Shown here: positions 54,550 to 64,000 of the stretch, one piece after another
How positions within the stretch are numbered: the first letter of the stretch is position 1
Layout of the letters: every line of letters starts with the position of its first letter
Assembly (NCBI RefSeq): GCF_009834535.1
Contig: NC_045696.1
Span: forward strand, 90,770,001-90,834,000
From: Camelus ferus
Lineage: Eukaryota
Direction of reading: 5' to 3'
Length of the DNA: 64,000 bases
The notes under the pieces: generated by a model
Seen by the model: the letters and a program-made list of their open reading frames with translations, nothing else
Database searches by the model: none
What the model was told of the DNA's origin: nothing
Made by a program: the position numbers and the translations under genes

Positions 54550-56830
54550 TTCTTATTTACCAGCAATAAACAAGTGGAACTTAAAACACAATACCATTTA
54601 CATTAACACTGAAAAAAGTGAACTACTTAGGTATAAATCAAACAAAGTATATACAAAGTATATTTATTTGAGAAAAATCATGAAACTCTGATGAACAAAA
54701 TCAAAGAACTAAATAAAGAGATATTATACTTTCATGGATTTTAAGACTTAACACTGTCAAGATGATGATTCTTCCCAACTTGATCTCTAGATTCAGTGCA
54801 ATCCCAATTAACATCCCAGCAAGTTATTTTGAGAATATCAACAAACTGATTCTAAAGTGTATATGAATAGGCAAAAAAACCCCAAAAAAACAGAATAGCC
54901 TACACAACACTGAAGGAAGAGATTAAAGTTGGAGGACAGACATTACTCGACTCCAAGGCTTACTGGAAAACTATAGTAAATAAGACATATGGTATTGGCA
55001 AAAGAATATACAAATAAACCAGTGGAACAGAACAGAAAGCCCAGACCCACATAATACAGTCTGCTGATCTTTGACAAAGAAGCAAAAGTAATACAATGAA
55101 GCAAAGATACCCTTTTCAACAATTGGTTGTGGAACAGCTAAACACCCACAGGCATAAAAATGAACTCAGACACTGACCTTTTACCTTTCACAAAAGTTAA
55201 CTCAACATGGATCACAGACCTAAATTAAAAACACAGAACTACAGAACTCCTATAAAATAGCACAGGAGAATATCTAGATGCTCTTAAATATGGCAGTACT
55301 TCTTAGATACAACATCAAAGGCAGGGTCCACAAAAGAAATAATTGATAAGCTAGGCATCACTAAAATTTAAAACTTCTTAAAAATGGGTAAAGGAGGTCA
55401 AAAGGTACAAATTTTTGGTTATAAAATAATTAAATCATCAGGATGTAATGGTGACCATAATTAATATTCTGCATTGCATATTTGAAAAGTTGCAAAGAGA
55501 GTAGACCTTAAAACTAATCACAAGAAAATAATTTTATAAACAATGAAAATATTTTGAATAATTTAAGGATTTTGAAATTATTTATAAAATGTAGTTTGAA
55601 AATTTCACATCCTTTCCCCTTAACAATATCAGCCTGATAACAAAAAATTCTGCACTGTGAAGGACAACATCAAGAGAATAAAACAACAAGCCACAGACTG
55701 AGAGAAAATATTTGCAAAAGACACACCTGATAAAGGACTTAACTAAAAAAGATAAAGAACTCATAAAACTCAAGAATAAGAAAACAAACAGGCCAACTAA
55801 AATAGGGCCAAAGACCTTAAGACACAACTCACCAAAGAAGATATACAGATGGCAAATAAGCATATGAAAAGATGTTCCACATCATACGTCATCAGGGAAA
55901 TGCAAATTAAAATAATAATGACAAAATAAAATAACAATAACAACCAGTAAAAACCTGTCCAAATGGTCAAAGCCTAGAACACTGGCAACACCAAAATGCT
56001 GGTAAGGATATGGAGCAACAGGAACTTTCATTCACTGCTGTTGGGAATGCAAAATGGTACACCTGCTTTGGATAACAGTCTGGCAGTTTTTTACAAAGCT
56101 AAACATACTCTTACCATATGATCCAGCAATTCCACTCCCTGGTATTTAACCAAAGTTGAAAACTTATGTCCACACAAAAATGTACACACAGGTGTTTACA
56201 ACAGCTTTATTCATAATGGCTGAAACCTGGAAGGAATCAAAATGTCCTTCAGAAGGTGAATAAATACATCCAGACAATGTAGTATGTGGTACGCCCAGCA
56301 AATGGAATATTGCACAGGGCTAAAAAGAAATGAGCTATCAAACCATGAAAGACATTGAGGAACCCGCATATTACTAAGTGAAAGAAGCCAGTCTGAAAAG
56401 GCTACACACTGTATGAGTCTAACTATACAACATTCTGAAAAGGGCAAAACTATGGAGACAGTAGAAAGATCAGTGGTTGCCAGAGGGTGGAGGGATGAGG
56501 GAAAATAAACTGGCAGAGCACAGAGGATACTTACAGTACCAAAATTACTCTATATGAAACTATAATGATGGATACATGTTATTATATACTTGTCTAAACT
56601 CAGATTATAGGACACCAAGAGTGAGCCCTAATGCAAACTATAGACTTTGGATAATTAGTGTGTCAATGTAGGTTCATTAATTGAAACAAATGTACCACTC
56701 TTGGTGTGGGGGATGTTGATAATAGGAGAGGTTATGAATGTGTAGGTGCAGAGGATACATGGGGAATCTCTATACCTCCCTCTGGTTTTGCTATGAACCT
56801 AAAACTACTAGAAAGATAGGGTCTTGAAAA
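54550..56830 (+). mobile_element. Nested L1MC-like element (ORF2 3' part and 3'UTR), with a younger L1 3'UTR piece at about 55378-55545
   Basis: aaaagaaatgagctatcaaaccatgaaagacat...gtgagccctaatgcaaactatagactttgg...tgaacctaaaactact. Confidence 0.8.
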
Positions 56831-57424
56831 AATATATAACTATAGCTATAAAAATGCTAATAGATACATAATATAATAAAGATGTGATTTTGGTGGGTGA
56901 GCAGATGTGAAACAGTAGGTTTTTTCGTATATGATTGAAATTAAGTTGTCAGTTTAAAACACTTTTTTTAATTATAACATATTTTATGTAAAACCCATGA
57001 TAGCCACAAAGAAAATAACTATAGAAGATAAACAAAAGGAAGAAAGGAATAAAAGCACATTAATATAAAAAATGAGCAAAACACAAAGGAAGGCAGCAAG
57101 AGAAGAAGAGAGACAAAACAGCTGCAAGATCCAAAAAAACTGACAAAATGGCAATAGTCTTTTCATGTTAATTATTACTTTACATGTAAATAACTTAAAT
57201 TCTTCAATCAAAAGACAGGTTGATTTTCCAAACTGAGCCATGTATCCACCCAACCTCTGCCTTCTGGACTTTCTAAGTCTGAATGCTAAGTCAGTACATC
57301 TCATCCAAAGTACATTTTAAACAGGACAGGCTCACTACTATAAAAAACAACTCCAAAGAGTTTCCATGTTAAAAAAAAAAAAGACAGGCTGCCTAAATGG
57401 ATTGATAAAAAGCAATATGCAAAT

Positions 57425-57622
57425 TACTGTATAGCACAGTGAACTATATTCAATTTCTTATAATAAAATATAATGGAAAAGAATCTAAAAAGAAAATTTG
57501 TGTATATATATATATATATATATGTTTGTATATTTACAACTGAATCACTTTGTTATACGCCTGAAACTAACATTGTAAATAAACTACACTTCAATAAAAA
57601 ATTTTATAAATAAATAAACAAA
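57425..57622 (+). mobile_element. Very short 5'-truncated L1 3' end
   Basis: tactgtatagcacagtgaactatattcaat...(TA)n...actgaatcactttgttatacgcctgaaactaacattgtaaataaactacacttcaataaaaa; same family as 26360-26590. Confidence 0.85.
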
Positions 57623-58618
57623 TAAAAGATGCAATTACATGCAGTCTATAAGAGACTCACTTTAGGTGTAAATAAAGTAATTGGCTAAAAGTTAAAGAAT
57701 GGAAAAAGATATTCCATGCAAATGGTAACCAAAAGAGAGTAGGGGTAGACCTATTTACAGCAGATAAACTAGATTTTAAGTCAAAAAGTATCATAAGAGA
57801 CAAAAAAAGACATTATGTAATAATAAAAGGCTCAATTCACCAGGAAGATAAAACAGTTATAAATATACATACACCTACTAACAGAGTATTCAAATATATG
57901 AAGCAAACAATGACAGAATTGAAAGGAAAAATAGAGAGTAACACAGTAATAATAGGAGATTTCAATACTCCACTTTCAACAATGAATACAACAATTAGAC
58001 AGAATACGTATAAGTAAACAGAGGACTTGAACAACACTGTAGATAACTGAACCTAACAGACATATACAAAACACTCCACCCAACAGCAACAGAATATATA
58101 TTCTTCTCACATGCACATGGAACATTCTTCAAGATAGATCACATGATAGGTCACAAATAAGTCTCAACAAATTTTAAAAAAAACTAAAATCATATGAAGT
58201 AACTTTTCTGACCACAATGAAATGAAACTAGGAATCAAGAGCAGCAGAAAAACTGGAAAATTCATAAATGCGTAAAAATTAAACAACATACTTTTGAAAA
58301 AAACCAATAGGTCAAAGGAGAAATCACTAGGGAAATTAGAAAAATACGTTGAGACAAATGAAAATGAAAACATAACATGCAGGTTGCAACAAAAATGGTC
58401 CTAAGATGGTAATTTATAGCAGGAAATGCCTATACTAAAAAAAGGCCAAAGGTCTCAAACCAACAACCTAACTTTACATCTCAAAGAACTAGAAAAAGAA
58501 CAAACCACATGAAGACTTAGCAGAAGAAAGTGATTAATAATAATTAGAGAAGAACTATTGTAATAAAATATAGAAAAACAATTTAAAAATCATTGAAACT
58601 AAGAATTCATTTCTCAAA

Positions 58619-60468
58619 GATTTCCAGCCAAAATGGAGGAGCTTGCCTCTCCTAGCAACACAACAAAACCACAACTGAATGCTAAACAACCATTGATAAA
58701 AAAGACTGGAACCTGGCAAAAAGGATCTTTTGCAACTGGAAACATAAAGAGGGAACCACAGCAGGAAGTAGGAGGGGCATGCTCACAATATAATTGGGCC
58801 CCCCTACCCCCAGGGTGGGCGACCTGCCAGCTGAAGAATAGTTGTCACAGAGGCCCTCCCACAGAAGTGAGAGCTCTAAGCCCCATGTCAGGCTCCCCAG
58901 CCTGGGTTCCAGCATTGGGAGAAGGAGACCCCAGGACATCTGGTTTTGAAGGTCAGCGGGGCTTGGCTCTGGGAGCCCCATGAGACTGGGGGAAACGCAG
59001 ACTCCATTCACTTGGGAAGCATACGTGGAAACTCACATGTGCCAGGTCCAAGGGTAGAGGCAATGACTTCAAAGGAACCTTGGCCAAGCCTGTCTGCTGG
59101 ATTTGGAGGGTCTCCTGGGGAGGTGGGGTACAGCTGCAGCTCACCCAGGGGACATAAAGCTGGCGGCGAAAATTCCGGGAGTGTTCATCTACATGAGCTT
59201 TCCTGGAGGCTGACATCTTGATTGGATGCCAAGACCTAGCTGCACCCAACAGCCTGTAGGGAAGCCTTAGGCCAAACAACACACAGGGTGGGAACACAGC
59301 CCCACCCATCGGCAGACTTCCTAAGCCACAAAGGCCTCTAGACATGTCCCTACCCACCAGAGGTCCAAGACCAAGCTTCACCCAGCAGTGCGCAGGCACC
59401 TGGCTTCTCCTGCCAGGAAACCTGCATAAGCCTCTAGCCCAGCCTCACCCACCAGAGGCAGATACTAGAAATAAGAAAACAATGATCCCAAAGCCTGGGG
59501 AAGGAATCCACAAACACATAGAAAGATAGATGATATGAGGCAGCAAAGGAGTATCTCCCAGGCCAGGGCACAAGATAAAACCCAGAAGAAGAAATAAGTG
59601 ATGAGATGGGAAAATTATCCAAGAAAGAGTTTAAAGTAATGAGGGTGAAGACATTCAGAGAACTCAAGAGGAAGATTTTAGTGAAGAGTTGGAAAATATA
59701 AAGAATATCCAAACAGAGTTGAAAAATAAAATCACTGTAATGAATAACACACTAGAAGGAATCAAGAACAAACTAAATGAGGCAGAAGGATGGATCAGTG
59801 AGCTAGAAGACAGATTAGTGGAAATCACTACTGCAGAACAGAAAACATAAAAAAAGAATGAAAAGAAATGAGGATAGTTTAAGAGAACTCTGGGACAACA
59901 TGAAGTACACTAATATTCACATTATAGGGGTCCCAGAAAGAGGAAAGAGAGAGAGAAAGGACCTGAGAAAATTTTTGGAGAGATAATCACTGAAAACTTC
60001 CCCAACCTGGGAAAGGAAATAGTTACCCAAGTCCAGGAAGCACAGAGAGTACCACACAGGATCAACCCAAAGAGGAACACACCAAGGCACATAGTCATCA
60101 AATTTACAAAATTAAGGATAAGGAGAAAATATTAAAATTAGCAAGAGAAAAGCAACAAATAGCACACAAGGGAACTCCCATAAGGTTACCAGCTGATTTT
60201 TCAGCAGAAACTATACAGGCCAGAAGGGAGTGGCATAATATATTTAATGTGATGAAAGGGGAAAACTTACAACCAAGAATACTCTACCCAGCAAGGCTCT
60301 CATTCAGACTTGATGGAGAAATCAAAAGCTTTACAGACAGACAAAAGCTGAAAGATTTCAGCATCACCAAACCAGCTTTACAACAAATGTTAAAGGACCT
60401 TCTCTAGTCATCAAACCATAAGGAATGAGAACAAAAAGAAGAAAGAAAGAGAGAGAGAGAAAAAAGAC
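58619..60468 (+). mobile_element. Younger L1 GC-rich 5'UTR and disrupted ORF1 (about 59535-60407)
   Basis: Starts gatttccagccaaaatggagg; ORF1 MRQQRSISQ...WISELEDRLVEIT...KLKDFSITKPALQQMLKDLL*; contains stops and frameshifts. Confidence 0.88.
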
Positions 60469-60995
60469 CTATGAAAGATTGCTTTGGCTGTTCAAGGTCT
60501 TTTGTGGTTCCTTGTGAATTCTGGAATTGTTTATTCTAGTTCTGTGAGGAATATCATGGGTATTTTGACAGGGGTAGCATTGGATCTTGGATTGCTTTGG
60601 GTAGTGTAGCCATTTTGATAGTGTTGACTCTTCCAATCCAAGAGCACAAGAAATCTTTCCATTTCTTTCTGTCATTTTGGTTTTTGGAGTATAGGTAACC
60701 TCTTTGGTTAGGTTTATTTCTGGGTATTTTGTTGTTTTTGATGTAATGGAAATATTTATGCTGGTTATAAAATTCTGGTCTTTGAAGTGGAAAAAAAAAG
60801 TGAATGAATATCCTTCTTTCTTATGGGTGAGTTGTATTCCATTACATATACATATATGTAATACATATATAGATATAGATATATGCTGCATCTTCATTAT
60901 TTATTGATGTGAATTTAGGATGCTTTTATATCTTGGCAATTATAAATAATGTTGCTGTTAATAGCAGGGTGTATGTATCTTTCTGAATTAATTCT
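60469..60995 (-). mobile_element. Inverted L1 ORF2 fragments
   Basis: Minus strand TTKYPEINLTKEV...; 60810-60995 matches the ORF2 end / 3'UTR start on minus. Confidence 0.8.
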
Positions 60996-61121
60996 TATTT
61001 TGTGGATGGCTTTAATCCTTTGATAACTATGTAAGTTTAAAAAGCTAATGCTCTAAATGTTCTTAGAAACAATGAACAGTACATATATGTAAATTTAAAA
61101 ATATATGTGCAGTTAAAAAAA

Positions 61122-61661
61122 AAAAAGAAATGAGCTATCAAGCCATGAAAGACATGAAAGAAACTTAAAAGACATATTACTAAATGAAAGAAGCCAGTGT
61201 GAAAAGGCTACAAACTGTACAATTCCAACCAAATGACATTCTGGAAAAGGCACAGCTACATAAACAACAAAAAGATCGTGGTTTCCAGGGGTCTGGGGAG
61301 AGGGAGGGAGGGAAGAATGAACAGATGGAGCACAAGGGATTTTTAGGGCAATGAAATTATTCTGTGTCAAACTACAGTGGTGGCCACATGTCATTATATA
61401 TTATATATTTGTCAAAACCCATAGAATGTACAACATCAAGAGTGAACCCTAATGTAAACTATGGACTTTGGTTGATAATAATGTGTCCATGTTGGTTCAT
61501 CGATTGTACCAAATATGCCACACTGATGGGGGTATTGAGGGTAGGGGAGTATATATGTGTGGGTGGGAAGGGCTATGTGCGAACTCTCTGTATTTTCTGC
61601 TCAATTCTACTGTGAACCTGAAACTGCTCTAAAAGAATAAAGTCCATTAATTAAAAAAAAA
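61122..61661 (+). mobile_element. L1MC-like 3'UTR
   Basis: Homologous to 56322-56815; AATAAA at 61636-61641. Confidence 0.85.
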
Positions 61662-63279
61662 TCACATATACACACAAAAGAATTCATTTCTCAAAAAGAT
61701 CAACAAAACTGGTAAGCCCTTACGGAAAAAAAGAGAGAGAGAGACTCACATAACTAAAATCAGATATGAAAGAGGAGACATTACAACTGATGCCAAAGAA
61801 ATAAAAAGGATTATAGACTACTATAAACAACTGTACACCAACAAATTAAATAACATAGAAGAAATGGATACATTCCTAGAAATAAACAATCAACCAGAAC
61901 TAAATAATGTAAAAATAGAAAGTCTGAACTGACCTATATAACAAGTAAGGAGATTGAATCAGTCATCAAAAACCTTCCAACAAGTAAAAGCCCAGGACCA
62001 GATGGCTTCACTAGAGAATTCTCCCAAATATTTAAGTAAGAATTAATGCCAAGCTCTCACAAACTGTTCCAAAGAATTGAAGAGGGGAGAACACTTTCAA
62101 ACTCATGTTATAAGCCAGCATTATTACCCTGATACCAAAACCATATAAAGATATCACCAAAAAAGTAGATAAATGGGACTACACAAACCTTAAAACTTCT
62201 GTATAGAAAATAATAAACAGTTAAAAGACAATCTACCAAATAAGAAGAAAATATTTGCAAACCACACCTCAAATGAGGGGTCAATACACAGAATATATTT
62301 TGTTTTTAAAAATCCCTACAACTCACAAACAGAAAAACAAATAACCAGTTTAAAAATTGGTCAAAAGACTCAAAAAACATTTCTCTGAAGAAGATGCATA
62401 AACAGCAAATAGGCATATGAAAAAATTCCAACATTACAAAGTCATCAGCAAAATGCAGATCAAAAACACAAGATACCATCTCATTATCTGTTAGGATGGC
62501 CACTATCAAAAAAATTAACAAGTGTTGACAAGAATGTGGAGAAACTAGAACCCCAGTGCACTATTGGTAAGATTGTAAAATGGTTCAGCAGCTATGGAAA
62601 AATAGTATGGAGGTACCTCAAAAATTTAAAAACAGAACTTCCACAGGTATTCAGCAATCTCACTTATGGATATATATCAAAAAAGAACTGAAACAGGGTA
62701 CTGAAGAAATATGTACACACCCATCTTCATTGCAGCATTATTCACAATATCCAAGATGTAGAAACAATCTAAATGTCCATCAGCGGATGAACAGATAAAG
62801 CAAATATGGTGTACGTACACATGTACACACACGTACACACTTACACACACACACACACACACACAGAGAGAGAGAGAAATATTTACTCCATCTTTAAAAA
62901 AGATGGAAATCCTGTCCCATGTTATAACATACATAAAACTTGGGACATAGTGCAAAGTGAAATAAGGAAATAAAAAAAGACAAACACTGCATGATTCTAC
63001 TTCTATACCAGTTGTCTGAAGCAATCAAATTCATAGAAACAAAAGTATAATGGTGATTGCCAGGAGAGGGGAGTAGGGGGAAACTGGGAGTTGTTGTTTC
63101 AAGGGTATAGCGTTTCAATTAAGAAAGGTGACAAGAGTTCTAGAGATCTGTTGTACAACAATGTGCATATTGTTAGCAATACTAAAATGTACCCAAAAAA
63201 TCTGTTAAAAATTATAATTTTTGTGTGTTTTAATCACAATAAAAAATCATCTGAATGCACAATAGATACAAAAAAGCTA

Positions 63280-64000
63280 AAACTGTAATTGCAAATTAAA
63301 ACCATGAAATAGCACTACAAGCCCACCACTTTTGCTAAAATTAATAAAACTAATACACCAAGTGTCAGTGAATTTGTAAGTAATGGGAATGCACATACAT
63401 TTTTGGTGGGAATATAAAATGATACAGCCACGGAAAACCACTTGGAAAATATTTGTTTCTTCTAAAACTAAAAGACACACCTACACTATGACTAAGAAGT
63501 TCCACTACTAGATTTTCAGTTCAGAGAAATGAACACAGATATCCACAAAAAGATTTTTGAAAGAAATGTTTATAGTAGTTTATAATAGCCAAACCCAGAA
63601 ATATCCCAGGGAGGAGTCCATAAACAGGAAAACAGATAAACTGTGGTATATTCACTACTTAGCAATGAACAAGAACAAAGTAGTGATACATAAATCAAAG
63701 CATTATGCTTACTGTAAGAGGTTACTTGAAAAATATCACTACTATATGATTACATTTACATAAAATTCTATTAAAAAAGTGATATATCCATACAATAGAA
63801 TACTATTCAATAATAAAAAGGAATGAACTGTTGACATACACAACATGGATGAATCTCAAAAGTATCACGCTGAATAAAAATTTGTAATACTAATGAAAAC
63901 TAATCTATAGTTGAAAAAAATCAAAACAGTGGTTACCTCTGAGGTGAATGTATACAGGAATTAATTGGCAACAATTACAGGGGGACTTTCTGGGGTAATG
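63280..64000 (+). mobile_element. Old L1 3' fragments (run off window)
   Basis: tgcaaattaaaaccatgaaatagcactac; caacatggatgaatctcaaaagtatcacgctgaataaaa; cagtggttacctctg. Confidence 0.7.

Larger units (their letters stand above)
52299..63246 (+). mobile_element. Near-full-length old L1 (L1MA/MB-like) scaffold: 5'UTR, ORF1, spacer, ORF2-EN, large ORF2 deletion near 62160, 3'UTR; carries several nested insertions
   Basis: 5' gatgtcagcaggatggcagaataggaag; ORF1 peptide SRLDQAKQRIGELKERYFEITESEEQ; EN region 57630-58618; resumes at 61678 (aaaagcccaggaccagatggcttcac); 3' end agttctagagatctgttgtacaacaatgtg...cacaataaaaaa. May be two related elements. Confidence 0.7.
2700..64000 (-). other. RSRC1: Large upstream intron of RSRC1 (no preceding exon recognised in the window)
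   Basis: No other RS-rich RSRC1-like peptide in the ORF track; RSRC1 has very large introns (recalled). Confidence 0.75.

Noticed and set aside
58633..59712. GC-rich region with 90-148 aa ORFs, possible promoter or gene
   Set aside because: L1 5'UTR directly upstream of ORF1; CpG-depleted, not a CpG island
1..64000. Prokaryotic-type systems (CRISPR arrays, operons), autonomous retroelement or viral insertion
   Set aside because: No regularly spaced repeats, no long intact ORFs and no gag/pol/env-like peptides; every L1 ORF seen is disrupted

Overview
AT-rich, CpG-poor mammalian genomic DNA, most likely camelid (alpaca or camel), judged from three tRNA-derived Vic-1-type SINEs and camelid-like young L1 3' ends. 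The only real coding sequence is one 174-nt internal exon on the minus strand (2526-2699) encoding the RS/KE-rich segment of RSRC1. The rest appears to be intron: about 2.5 kb downstream of the exon and more than 61 kb of the large upstream intron. The intron is filled with L1s of several ages (mostly antisense to the gene and often nested), L2/MIR/MER58/MLT relics and two processed ribosomal-protein pseudogenes (RPL39, RPL29). Three TE-poor islands rich in homeodomain motifs are candidate long-range enhancers; RSRC1 neighbours SHOX2 in mammals (recalled knowledge). Almost all ORFs in the supplied track are L1 debris or chance ORFs. I see no clear evidence of a novel biological system. The best leads are: a candidate PTC/terminal exon 89 nt downstream of the RSRC1 exon; a TSD-bounded ORF1-only composite L1; an L1 with a clean 3' transduction; orphan poly(A) micro-retrocopies; and the candidate enhancers. 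Repeat boundaries and subfamily names come from eye comparison with remembered consensus sequences and are approximate.
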